IMG/VR virus record: IMGVR_UViG_3300023267_000001 | Span: 12,043 to 76,042 of that record | From: a virus | Lineage: Duplodnaviria; Caudoviricetes | DNA length: 64,000 bases | Reading direction: 5' to 3' (one strand) | Part shown: in pieces, positions 24,501 to 33,577 of the stretch | Layout of the letters: every line of letters starts with the position of its first letter | Numbering within the stretch: position 1 is the stretch's first letter | Notes under the pieces: model-generated | Databases searched by the model: none | What the model was told of the DNA's origin: nothing | What the model saw: only the letters and a program-made list of their open reading frames with translations | Translations under genes and position numbers: made by a program

Positions 24501-27500
24501 GAGCTTTGGCTGGTCACTCCGTAGAACTGGAGAATATCGCGCATGACCCGCAGCTTTTCCTGTTGCAAGAGAAATACAAACGCTTTGGCGGCGAGCAATA
24601 TGAGTCGTTCGTTACCAAAGTTGTGACCGAGTTGGGTAAAGAGCTTGATGAAAACAAACTGAATGAGATTGCCGACGCGCATCCAAAACAGCGCGAGCTA
24701 ATCACGCAGATTTTAAACGACGCCCGCAAGGATGAAGGTGGTCGCGTTTATCGCACGGTTCAAAGCCTTCTGAAGCCCAAGAATGCCAAGAAGGTTTCCG
24801 CTATGGAGAACGATGCCCGCATTCAAGAAGCGGTTAGCGACATTCTTGAGCAGGCTAAAAACAAAGGCATTGAGCCGGTCAAGCCACCGGGCAAAAGGTC
24901 GCTGACGCCCGTTGAGCAGTTGCTTCATCTCGTAGAGGAAAAGAACTCCAACCGCGTCAATGAGTTAATCATTGAATCCGTGCGTGAAGCCGAGCGCAAC
25001 GCTGGTATAAAGGCGGCACTGGCTGAATTGCCGGAAGCCGAACGCGCTGGTGCTGAGGCGCGATTTAATGCTGGAGAGTTTCCAACTCCCGAACAGGTTG
25101 AGAAAGGCTTGCAGTTGCCAGAATACGCACACTGGAAGGTGCTGCGCGATAACCTGCTTGGATATTCACCTGTTTCTGAAAAGCTGGCGACCAAGGTTGT
25201 GCCAACGGTTACACATCTTGCCAAGGAGATTCTCGACACACCCAAATTTAATCAACCTGAAATACGAGAGCAGTTCATCCAAAAACTTGCGGATGAAAAC
25301 ATGATGTCGCCGGAGCAGGCGCAGCGCGTTGCTGCCGCTCTGGACGAAATCTACAAGAAGAACTTTGAGGAGGCTCGCAAGAAGGCTTTGGATGACGCCG
25401 TGAAGTCCATGAGTCCGGCGCAGAAAAAGGTCATCGCTCCGTTGAAGAAAAACACTTCGTTCTGGAGCAAGCTGGAAAAGCTGAATAATGCAGGCGGATT
25501 GGACACCGATGCGATGTTGAGTGTCGTCGCTGAAAACAACGGTTGGAAAACTCTGACGCCGGAAATCATAGCCAAGTTCAAGGGCTGGTCGGATGAGATT
25601 CAAAAGTTGCGCGAACTGACTCCGAAACAAAAGGAGGCTGTTGGTGATAATCCCGTGGATATTCAGCGCGCACTAGTTGACCGCGAGGCTGAAACACTTG
25701 AACGCCGACTCGCTCTCAAGAAGCAGATTGAAACGATGTTTTCTAGGTTGACTCTGCCGCTCAATCTCAAGAACGCGCAGAATTACAGTCAGGCCGCTTC
25801 TGCCGCTGGTGAATTTGCGAGCGCGGCCTTGTTGTTAAAACTTGGATTCCCGACCCGCCAGATGGTTGACGTTACGACGCAGGCTTTGATTCACAATCCA
25901 ACGCGCGCAATCGCGGAAGCATGGAAGCGCATCGAGCAGAATATCGCCGATGGAAAACCCGCTGAGGCATGGGGTGAGTTTCACAACGCGCTGTCAGCCT
26001 CGCTCAAGACCCAGATGGACGCGGTTAAATCCAGCTTGGTAGCGGCCAAGGCCAACCTGACTGGAGTTTCTCAAGCGCGTAACATCGACAACTTGATTTC
26101 ACGCATCGCCTTGTTTGAGCGCGCGACGCAAGCCGCTGCTGAATACTCGAAAAAAGGCGAGAATGTTAAGGCCGCTCTGCTGACACTTTTTACCCAAGTG
26201 CGCTGGGGGCGTCAGATTGCCGCTGCCTTTGATAATTTAAGCGGTGTTCCGGTCGAGATGCAGGAACGCCGTCAACTGGTTGAAACATGGTTGCGCGAGA
26301 ACGGAATGACCCGCGCCGAGGCCAAGGTCAAGGCTGATGACCTGATTGGTGACATCAACACCGAATGGCAACTTGGTATCGCGCGCGCCAAACAGCTTGC
26401 CGACCAGTCAGATTATCAGCCAACCAAAACCGAGTTGGAATTAAACGGGCTGAACATCGCTAAAGCCCGTGCGATGCAGCGAATCAAGGATGCCGGATTG
26501 CCCGCTGACGCCTTCGCGGAAAAAATCAATGACTTGCGTGAGTTGACCGGCTGGAACATCCAAGAAGATGGCGGCGTCGGTGGATTAGTCGCTGCGCCGA
26601 TGCGCAAGCTGGTTGAATTGGGTGAAGGCTTTCCGCCTGCCGCCGTGTTCAGTGTGCCGTTTGGACGGTTCTCGAACGCCATCGCCATCAGCGCAAACCG
26701 AGCGGCATCCTTCACCCCGCTTGGATTCTTTCCCGACGCCTTTGGAGTTCACACCGAGGGAGCCAAGAAGAACGTAAAAAATGGTGACGCATCCAGCGGT
26801 TCCGCGTGGTATCGAACCGCTGCCGACCGCCGCCAGCGCAAGGTGGAAGCCCTTATAGGCACCACGTTGGGTGGTGCTGCCATTGCCTTGGTTGCGTCCG
26901 GTCTGGCTAAAGTCCAGTGGAAGGCACCTCAAGACAAGGAGGAGCGCGAATTATGGCTCAAGCAGGGCCACAAGGCGGGCACCGTTGAGTTTATGCAGCC
27001 GGACGGCTCGTTTATACCCGTCAGTCTCACCGTAGGCCCATTGCGGCCCTTGGCACCCTATCTGGTGGGCGCGGGCGCGGTGGCTACGATTGAGGAGCAG
27101 CGGGCTAAGCAGCAGGCCAAGCTGGATGCCGATGCAGACCGGCAAGGTTTGCCCAGAACCAAGATTGCCCCGATTGGTTTGGCCGACTTGCTTTCAGTCG
27201 CGGCTCAAACCGCGTGGTCAACCCTGATTGGCGGACGCACGGCGCAGGGGCTTGTAGGCTCCGTGACGGATTATGGCATACCGAACCCGTCCAAGGCAGC
27301 GGCGGCGGCTTTAAGCCCTATTCTACCGCCTTTACCGGCCTATCAGGAAATAGCCCGCATGATGGGCGTCCAGCTAGACCCCAAAATGGCTGGATTCTTC
27401 GATTTCTTGGTTCCATTGCCTACCAGTCCGGCAGCGGCCAAGAACATGCTTGGCGACCCTGTTGGCAACGACAACGATATTCAGCGCATCGTCCAGACGT

Positions 27501-28003
27501 TGAGCGGTGGAAGCTATCCGGCATTGGTTAATCCAAACGACATCAAATCACAGGCGGCTTATGGTCAGCTTCTCGAGACTGGCTATCGACCGCCGTCCAT
27601 CAGTCCGAACAAGAGCTACGAGGTCAATGGGGTTGTTCGCACTTTGAACAACAGTGAGTTGTCTAAATACACCGAGCTTCGCGGGCAATACCTGAAAACT
27701 GCGCTGGCGGCGTTACCCGCTGGAGCCACCAAGGAGCAGGCATCTGCGGCTTACCGTCAGGCGAACGCGCAGGCTTTATCCGAGCTTGGCATTGATACCG
27801 TTCCGGCAGCACCAAGGGCAAGTCCAGCAAGTGTGACAGCCCCGCGCCGCAGCCGGTTGTCATTGGGCCGTCGCACGACTTCGACACCGAGAATCAGCAT
27901 CAAGAAACTTCGCCGTGCGCGGGTCAGCCGCCCCCGCAGATTGCGTCTGCGTAGCTCGCGGGCCAGAACTTCACGGTTGCGGTTGCGTCGTAATACAAAT
28001 TAA
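21590..28003 (+). CDS. large DNA ejection / internal core protein (2137 aa)
   Basis: largest ORF, Ala/Glu/Lys-rich and helical, Pro-rich spacer, glycine-rich hydrophobic patches; typical podovirus position. Confidence 0.7.
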   Translation: MKASDFLDSNNDAGTSQALSVAPSLTTTKKRSAANFLDGVEDVEPPKPAEAERPIPQMREYHPTFGQRISDTLHSLRTSGPVEAIMGQTEDELAANPPLESAPPTTKSGVMGIFESTKPLLDVPENPKTAMEGLHAWAANVVNSVASPGGIATLPMGGPATPMLVKKALGIVFGAQGAHMTYESALDLVKNAKENTPAQNVMNVGNILMGGLMAAGGAHAIKGAKPKQADVATPAEIAPEPIINPDTGKPVELDKTFEPVKTQPENTDASEIPISKSIPEPEIRTPVGQTPPLRQQREIAKASEEIPPVVAPVEKVTPEPTGKESLQVQPEPEIIPTRVQSVAKMPLDEFFKFARNTEGGLTGEAYRVGQAIKTPEELTALKSAQEKSAQDSQAYQKAGDFDKGMIEANRGQFFREAYEAATGTGSAGLALAKDPSYKPPFPVEVQKVDEPAIPSTQEVPAIQKSQIQNEPQTKTTLPETTSAPLAKIDGSEQGRFISDLKTITPSLKAKTNPIGTVTLQFPIEAEKNIGSLLREYGVKIRNNGFSKDFKLAEWEIEPGGTARKLLPLEQRLDAAIKGVAEGEKFASELESGSREARLRSEEERLRKLASGEPSTRTSKIIGLEDSLTDAEKQRLLVAAAKPISESTGLREISKVRVGSSPQLHTIVRELPRAQGDLPAERYFEVKNDNTGAVQTVESADLTPVKERTGEKVKAPSLDDRLRAVKLDPSVFPDAKSKKSALERAEAKLAELQGKLRGKTFTGITGLEPAILDGALTIARATLRATNSVVKAVQAALEWVRTNHADAKFDENEFNSKLASELEQQEAPKVTTQVMGSEKEIAGRPTLTPDSRQASVDYAGQAFKDAGIDAEPVTILDKRRGDMPVKLWKFNTDFNLNAEGRKLISILEKDLETANDRPVDLNANLIRSIQWNIENGNLAKMVNGQRVMDIDIARRLDQLATSETSRRGAALGALAGHSVELENIAHDPQLFLLQEKYKRFGGEQYESFVTKVVTELGKELDENKLNEIADAHPKQRELITQILNDARKDEGGRVYRTVQSLLKPKNAKKVSAMENDARIQEAVSDILEQAKNKGIEPVKPPGKRSLTPVEQLLHLVEEKNSNRVNELIIESVREAERNAGIKAALAELPEAERAGAEARFNAGEFPTPEQVEKGLQLPEYAHWKVLRDNLLGYSPVSEKLATKVVPTVTHLAKEILDTPKFNQPEIREQFIQKLADENMMSPEQAQRVAAALDEIYKKNFEEARKKALDDAVKSMSPAQKKVIAPLKKNTSFWSKLEKLNNAGGLDTDAMLSVVAENNGWKTLTPEIIAKFKGWSDEIQKLRELTPKQKEAVGDNPVDIQRALVDREAETLERRLALKKQIETMFSRLTLPLNLKNAQNYSQAASAAGEFASAALLLKLGFPTRQMVDVTTQALIHNPTRAIAEAWKRIEQNIADGKPAEAWGEFHNALSASLKTQMDAVKSSLVAAKANLTGVSQARNIDNLISRIALFERATQAAAEYSKKGENVKAALLTLFTQVRWGRQIAAAFDNLSGVPVEMQERRQLVETWLRENGMTRAEAKVKADDLIGDINTEWQLGIARAKQLADQSDYQPTKTELELNGLNIAKARAMQRIKDAGLPADAFAEKINDLRELTGWNIQEDGGVGGLVAAPMRKLVELGEGFPPAAVFSVPFGRFSNAIAISANRAASFTPLGFFPDAFGVHTEGAKKNVKNGDASSGSAWYRTAADRRQRKVEALIGTTLGGAAIALVASGLAKVQWKAPQDKEERELWLKQGHKAGTVEFMQPDGSFIPVSLTVGPLRPLAPYLVGAGAVATIEEQRAKQQAKLDADADRQGLPRTKIAPIGLADLLSVAAQTAWSTLIGGRTAQGLVGSVTDYGIPNPSKAAAAALSPILPPLPAYQEIARMMGVQLDPKMAGFFDFLVPLPTSPAAAKNMLGDPVGNDNDIQRIVQTLSGGSYPALVNPNDIKSQAAYGQLLETGYRPPSISPNKSYEVNGVVRTLNNSELSKYTELRGQYLKTALAALPAGATKEQASAAYRQANAQALSELGIDTVPAAPRASPASVTAPRRSRLSLGRRTTSTPRISIKKLRRARVSRPRRLRLRSSRARTSRLRLRRNTN

Positions 28004-28046
28004 GCCTTGTCTTGACCGCGCCATTTGTGGCATTGTTGGTTCGTCA

Positions 28047-28475
28047 ATGAACCAAGACGATACAGCCCCGACACGCGACAGCCTCAAGGCCATGTTCGGC
28101 CAGATGAAAGATTTCATCAAGCAGCATGGCAATGGAAGAATGCCGGTTCAGCGTCGGCATAAGCTCAAGGAGGAGCAGACGACTCAGGCTCGGAAATGTT
28201 GCACGGGCTGCGGCAAGCTTTTCGACTTCGCGCTTATCAAGGCTGATGTTCTGCCGGAACAAGCTCCGTGTCCTGATTGTAAATCAAAATTCGATGATGG
28301 CTGGTCGCTTCTGGTTGAGCGGCAATTTGGATTCAACAAAGTTGCAAGGCGCGTTTTTGTTAAGTTTCCAGTTGGACTATGTGAAGAAATGCGAGGTCAG
28401 ATTGTGGCTGTTGAAGGGCCAACAATCGACATCGCGCTTGAAAAATTTAACGGCAAGGACGCCAATGGCAACTAA
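28047..28475 (+). CDS. Zn-finger protein
   Basis: CTGC..CPDC. Confidence 0.6.
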   Translation: MNQDDTAPTRDSLKAMFGQMKDFIKQHGNGRMPVQRRHKLKEEQTTQARKCCTGCGKLFDFALIKADVLPEQAPCPDCKSKFDDGWSLLVERQFGFNKVARRVFVKFPVGLCEEMRGQIVAVEGPTIDIALEKFNGKDANGN

Positions 28476-28812
28476 CTTCGAGCCGCGCAAATTCCCACCA
28501 TTTTTGTGCTTCGCACTAGCACGCGATGAGCGTGGTCGCGGCCTAACCATTCCTGAAATCTCGCAACGCTCTGGCATACCCCAGCGCACGATTAACCGCA
28601 TATCAAAGAAGCTGACTTGGGACAACGTGAAGTCCAAGGTGATTGACGATTTCCTGCGTGGTTGCAATTTTCAAGACGCCCGCAAGCAGACTGATTTCAT
28701 GCGCAAAACCGCCCGCTCTGGAAACGCTTTCTCGCACCTTTCCAAGCTCCGTCGCAAGGGGTTTGAGGATTGCATCAGGAAGTTCAGGGAGAAGAATGGG
28801 GACGTAAAATGA
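28465..28812 (+). CDS. helix-turn-helix DNA-binding protein
   Basis: LTIPEISQRSGIPQRTINRI. Confidence 0.65.
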   Translation: MATNFEPRKFPPFLCFALARDERGRGLTIPEISQRSGIPQRTINRISKKLTWDNVKSKVIDDFLRGCNFQDARKQTDFMRKTARSGNAFSHLSKLRRKGFEDCIRKFREKNGDVK

Positions 28813-29345
28813 AAAGCTTTGATGATGTTCTAAACAAGCTCGAAGTTGAGGCTTGGAAAAGCCTAAGAGAGCAAGCCCCAAATATTGTATTTCAGCGTCA
28901 ATATAAAGCGTTTGAAATTGGCAGAGGATTTAAAGAGCTTTCCAAAAACCAGCAGCGCGACTTTGATTTTTACTTGCTTAAAGCCAGTTCTGAAAAATGT
29001 CATCCGAATCATTTTTGCTCAAAGACTAAAATGGTCTATAAGCCAAAAACCTGCGAGGAGTGGTATTTAATGTGGGACACGCATGGATTTTCTGGAGGAT
29101 TTGAATTGGAGCAGCCAAGAATATCGGATTGTGAAGGAATAAAACAGGCCAAGGAGTTTTTAAACCTGACTATAAAAATGTGGGTTGAGGATTTAATCAA
29201 CCTTCCGACAGCATTTGATTTCGATGGATGCAAGAACGCATACCCAATGGCATGGGTCTGGAAATCTTTTTGCGCTCAGGCCAAAAAAGAATCTATTAAA
29301 ATTGATGGGTTTTTAACCAAATTCCTAGCTGTTCGGCTTTGTTGA
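28809..29345 (+). CDS. hypothetical protein
   Basis: ATGA overlap with the HTH gene; converges on the tail gene. Confidence 0.6.
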   Translation: MKSFDDVLNKLEVEAWKSLREQAPNIVFQRQYKAFEIGRGFKELSKNQQRDFDFYLLKASSEKCHPNHFCSKTKMVYKPKTCEEWYLMWDTHGFSGGFELEQPRISDCEGIKQAKEFLNLTIKMWVEDLINLPTAFDFDGCKNAYPMAWVWKSFCAQAKKESIKIDGFLTKFLAVRLC

Positions 29346-29346
29346 T

Positions 29347-31170
29347 TCACGCGGGTAGTGCCGCAACCTCCGCGTCCAGCTTATACCATTGCGTTTCGCC
29401 CCCAATCGCCGGAGTTCCGTCTGCATTCAAAATAGCGATTTCCAGATACAAATAATTCCCCACTTCCCAAGTGTCCCAATGCATGTTTAAAGACGGAATC
29501 AAATTCTGAGCCTCCATCTGCGCAGCAGTCAACGCCTCTGGACATTTAAGGACTACATCAGGCTTAATTGTGTGCCACACCACGGAGCAGTAATCCCCAT
29601 CGTTAGGGTCGGTTAATTGCTCCGAAGTTCCAACCCTCAAGCGCGCGATGCAGGGGTTGTCTTGAGGTGCGGTATATTGGCCGATAATCACCTTGCGCAA
29701 AATCTTGGAGACATCGAACAATCCAACGGGAAGGATTAGGCGAAGGATGCGAGCAAAGCCACGTTTTTCCCACACCGGATTCGTGATGTTATCCTCAACC
29801 GGCTGCGTTGTTTTCTGCGTTACAAATTCACGGAATAGAACTCCGTTCAACTGTTTCAGCGCGTAATCCACGTTTGAAGCCGCGACCAATAGTTGAAGCG
29901 TGTTGCAGTCAGCGGTGCCGGTCGGATTCGGGATATAGCAGCACAGCGAGCTAAATCCTGAATCCAGATAATATCCGGTCAAAAACTTGGTGTTGAAAAC
30001 CATCGTCTGATTATTTGTGCAGGTTCCCGTCGAAGGCCAGCTTACAAAGATTTCATTCGTTATCGGTTTGAATGTGGCGACCATTGAATTACAGCAGTTC
30101 GCATTCACTTTGCGCGTTTTATCCGCGTAGATAAGCCCGCTGGCCTGTCGCAGCCATTCTGATGGCTCTGGTTTTGGCGCATACTGGTTGTAGGTGTAAA
30201 ACGATTCTCGCGCTCCGTAATAAAGATTTTCGCCATCAGATACAAGAGAGTCAGGATAAACCAGACAACCCTTGAAGTTCTCCGGCTCGGTATAGACGCG
30301 CGCGAAAGACAGCGCGGTATTAGCCACGGCATCCACTGACACTGTGCTTCGCCAGATGGATTTCTGCGTGAAGATATAGAGGTATTGCGTCAACTCAATC
30401 GCGGCTAATATTTGCTCGCCGCCTCCAAGGTCTTGAAAGTTAGCCACGGAGTCAGGCGCGGGTGCCCAGCTTTTCGGCAACGCTAAATCGGAATAACGCA
30501 CACGGCTGGGATGAGCTTCTCCTGACTCCACGGTGTTCATCAAAATCATCAATCCGCCGAACTGGATGACCACCTTTGCCTTGGTCAGATGAACGGTGTT
30601 CACCAAGTCTGGAATCGGAATGGCTGAACCCGCGCCTAAATCGTAGGAATAAACGCCATCCTTGTTGTTGGAGAAAATGACGGTGTTATTGAGAAAATCA
30701 CCGTGGAATTTAGAGCCACCAGCAATTCCGGTAAGCACGTCAGTCCACAATCCGGTGACTTCGTTCAGGTAGGATATTTCTGATTCCGTGCAGGCAAACA
30801 GGGTGCGCTTGTTGTCGTTATCCGTGACTTGAAGCATGAAGCTGACTGGCTTGCGGACGGGGACACCGCGATAATGGTAATCGAAATTTGTGTAAAAAAG
30901 GCAAAGCCATTGACCCCCAGACTCAACCACGCGGCCCCCATCTTCACAAATTAGTTGGTCGCGCGTTGGTGCGGTGTGCGTTACCACCTCGTAGCTGGCA
31001 AGAAACCGTTCAAACCCAGCCTCGTTAGTGAGTCGGCCATTTTCGTTGACCGGCCAGTTTTGTTTCTCGCGGAAACCGCCATCAGGAAGCTCGGTGGCGC
31101 GCGGGCGGGCGTCGAGCGGGCCGGTAAGCGGACTTAAACTTACCACTTGAAAACGTGATTTAGAGGCCAT
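29347..31170 (-). CDS. putative tail tubular B / head-stabilisation (beta-propeller) protein
   Basis: beta-rich repeats (VIQFGGLMIL, VRYSD..W, YLYIFTQKSIW), C-terminal beta-sandwich; size and synteny. Confidence 0.65.
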   Translation of the reverse strand: MASKSRFQVVSLSPLTGPLDARPRATELPDGGFREKQNWPVNENGRLTNEAGFERFLASYEVVTHTAPTRDQLICEDGGRVVESGGQWLCLFYTNFDYHYRGVPVRKPVSFMLQVTDNDNKRTLFACTESEISYLNEVTGLWTDVLTGIAGGSKFHGDFLNNTVIFSNNKDGVYSYDLGAGSAIPIPDLVNTVHLTKAKVVIQFGGLMILMNTVESGEAHPSRVRYSDLALPKSWAPAPDSVANFQDLGGGEQILAAIELTQYLYIFTQKSIWRSTVSVDAVANTALSFARVYTEPENFKGCLVYPDSLVSDGENLYYGARESFYTYNQYAPKPEPSEWLRQASGLIYADKTRKVNANCCNSMVATFKPITNEIFVSWPSTGTCTNNQTMVFNTKFLTGYYLDSGFSSLCCYIPNPTGTADCNTLQLLVAASNVDYALKQLNGVLFREFVTQKTTQPVEDNITNPVWEKRGFARILRLILPVGLFDVSKILRKVIIGQYTAPQDNPCIARLRVGTSEQLTDPNDGDYCSVVWHTIKPDVVLKCPEALTAAQMEAQNLIPSLNMHWDTWEVGNYLYLEIAILNADGTPAIGGETQWYKLDAEVAALPA

Positions 31171-31211
31171 TTCCGCTACAATAGCGGGACATTCTCATTT
31201 ATTCAACCCCA

Positions 31212-32135
31212 TTACTGCATCGGAATGTTGAACTTCTGCTGGAGCCAAGCGACATCGCGCGTGAACATGCCCTTGTTTTTTAGCTTTTCTGACTCAACCA
31301 ACCGCCAGTCTTTGCGGATGTCCTCTTGGGCAAGGTTCATCTCAGAGCAGCGCGGCATGGCGGCAATCATGCGCGTTTGCATGTCCTCTGGAAAGATGGT
31401 GTTTATGAGAAATAATTTATTATACAGCAGGGTTTGTAGGCCGTTGTGGAAGGGCAGCTTTTCGCCGTCACGGAAGCGATGCCAGACTACAAAGTTTTTA
31501 ATCAGGCGGACATCCGAGCCAGTGAGGTAAAACTTGAGGGCCATCAACTGCTCCTCAACACCCCAAGTTTTAAGGTGATTCATTCCAACGATTACTGGAA
31601 ATCTTTCACGCGGCGAAACGTAGCAGGCTCCCATAGGCGACGACAACTCAACGCCGTCATCCTGCTCTTTGGCCCAGACAGCTTCGAGAACCTGCATCCG
31701 GTTATGATTTGGGTCTTTTCCGATGAACTGTAAGTCTGCGCCGTAATAGACACCGGACGGATTTCCGAAAGGTTTTATGGTGGGTGCAAAACCCTTGCAG
31801 ACACCACATAGCAATGAGTCTGGGAACTTCTCAATTCCAGCCATTACATGCTCCAGCCAGCCGTGGGTGAACCGGCAATGACTGTCACACATAACCATGT
31901 AGTCGCCGGTTGCGATTTGCGCCCCAATGTGGCGGGACGCACCGCTGCCGATACGGTAAAGGTTGCGATGAACCTTGACGTTTAAGTGCGGTGGGAATAT
32001 CAGCGTCGCCGCGCTGCAATCATCGACCGCGACAATCTCCACTTCTTCGCCAGCAGTCCCCCGAATTGACATGGCGGTGGCAACAGCTTCGACCTGTTGG
32101 TTTACGGACGGGAATACAACGGAGATTTTAATCAT
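31212..32135 (-). CDS. GT-A glycosyltransferase, GT2/GT27 ppGalNAc-T-like
   Basis: ISVVFP, VAVDDCS, GASRHIGA..MCDSH, MGACY, WGVEE, VWHRFR. Confidence 0.8.
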   Translation of the reverse strand: MIKISVVFPSVNQQVEAVATAMSIRGTAGEEVEIVAVDDCSAATLIFPPHLNVKVHRNLYRIGSGASRHIGAQIATGDYMVMCDSHCRFTHGWLEHVMAGIEKFPDSLLCGVCKGFAPTIKPFGNPSGVYYGADLQFIGKDPNHNRMQVLEAVWAKEQDDGVELSSPMGACYVSPRERFPVIVGMNHLKTWGVEEQLMALKFYLTGSDVRLIKNFVVWHRFRDGEKLPFHNGLQTLLYNKLFLINTIFPEDMQTRMIAAMPRCSEMNLAQEDIRKDWRLVESEKLKNKGMFTRDVAWLQQKFNIPMQ

Positions 32136-32887
32136 AACTTTTTCAAAACCGCAGTCGGGCTTGCGAACGGAAAGAACTCGGTCGCCATGCACGGAAATTT
32201 CTCGTGACGTTGGAGCTTTAACCATGAATCCACCAAGCCTTTATATCCATAAAAATTCTCTTTGTAAATTAACTGCTCCTTGGTGGCGTAAGAAAAATGG
32301 TCAAACACAAGGCCCAATCTAGCTGATTCGTCAGCAGACATAAATGAACCCTTGTTACCATTTAAGCTTGGAGGTTCGTGAACTACTCCGACCATACCCG
32401 GCCTAAATCTCCAGAAGCGCAGCCAAGAATTATTGCGGTCTGATTCAGGGTCAACGTAAATATCCTTGCCGTAGAAATAACGGCACTTGAGATACATGCG
32501 CGCAATGGACTGCTCCAAAAATATGTCATGGATTTTGCGAAGCTGTTTGGCGGTGTAAATCTCGTCGGAGTCAATCTGACCAAGCAAGCAGGGCTGCTGA
32601 ATGTTGTTTATGGCTATCTGACACATTTCGTCTTTACCACCAGACCACCACTGACGATTAAAAACTTTAACGCGAGGGTGGTTGGAGATGGAGTTTAAAA
32701 ATTCTGTTGTTCCGTCTTTGCTCAGGCGAGGTTCTTGTTTTTGACACCATTTTGTCGAGCCAGTGTTGGCAGCGGCCCCATGTGAAACATACCAAAAAAA
32801 ATCCAATCCAGATTCCTCAAATATGGGAAGCTGCATTTTTATGTATGGCATGGAATCCAATGCCAGAGTGTAAAATACAACTTTCAA
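32132..32887 (-). CDS. GT2-like glycosyltransferase
   Basis: SKDGTTEFL, QIDSDEIY, VHEPP, FDHFSY. Confidence 0.7.
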   Translation of the reverse strand: MKVVFYTLALDSMPYIKMQLPIFEESGLDFFWYVSHGAAANTGSTKWCQKQEPRLSKDGTTEFLNSISNHPRVKVFNRQWWSGGKDEMCQIAINNIQQPCLLGQIDSDEIYTAKQLRKIHDIFLEQSIARMYLKCRYFYGKDIYVDPESDRNNSWLRFWRFRPGMVGVVHEPPSLNGNKGSFMSADESARLGLVFDHFSYATKEQLIYKENFYGYKGLVDSWLKLQRHEKFPCMATEFFPFASPTAVLKKL

Positions 32888-33573
32888 ATCATTCCTCTGG
32901 ATTTTAATTCAGCCATCTCGTCGTCAGTGATTTTCTGCAAATAAAAGCATTCGTCATCAAAATTAACCGGCCTCTGACGGTCGTAGCCAAATGAGAACTG
33001 TTTGAACTTGTTTGGATATGCGGCCATCAACCGAACGTATTTAGCTTCCGGCAAATTCTGATGCGTCTCCTTGCCGCACGATAGATAAAGCCTGCAAAAT
33101 TCAAGGATGAAGGAATGTTTAACAAGGAACAATGATTGCGCGGCTGGCATCACTTTCAACTTCCCAAAGATGCAACCGGCGTCACCGATTTCTTCATACA
33201 TTTTGTCAAGACATGGGCCGAACCAAAGGCAATCCTGCTCTTTGAAAATAAAGTCTTTTTCCTCATTGTAGGCAATCATTGCCAAAATCAGTATGGAAGC
33301 CGACCAGCCGCATATCTCATGGTTTTTAAAAGGTGGCTCGATACCAATCAGACCATGAACGTGACCAAGATTGCCTTTGATTGGAATCAAATTAACCATC
33401 GGCTGCGAAGGATTTAGCGTGCATCCTCCAACACCCAAAACATGGATTGCAGCAGGGTTTGAATACTGCAATGTGTTTCTCAGCCAAGTGTTAAAAAACC
33501 ACTGTGCTTGGACTTCGCCAGCGGGCTTGTAGAAGAAGCCAGAGCCGATGACATACTGGTTATCGTGATTCAT
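32884..33573 (-). CDS. putative GT-A glycosyltransferase
   Basis: DFIFKEQDCL DxD-like motif after a beta strand; island context. Confidence 0.5.
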   Translation of the reverse strand: MNHDNQYVIGSGFFYKPAGEVQAQWFFNTWLRNTLQYSNPAAIHVLGVGGCTLNPSQPMVNLIPIKGNLGHVHGLIGIEPPFKNHEICGWSASILILAMIAYNEEKDFIFKEQDCLWFGPCLDKMYEEIGDAGCIFGKLKVMPAAQSLFLVKHSFILEFCRLYLSCGKETHQNLPEAKYVRLMAAYPNKFKQFSFGYDRQRPVNFDDECFYLQKITDDEMAELKSRGMI

Positions 33574-33577
33574 AATT

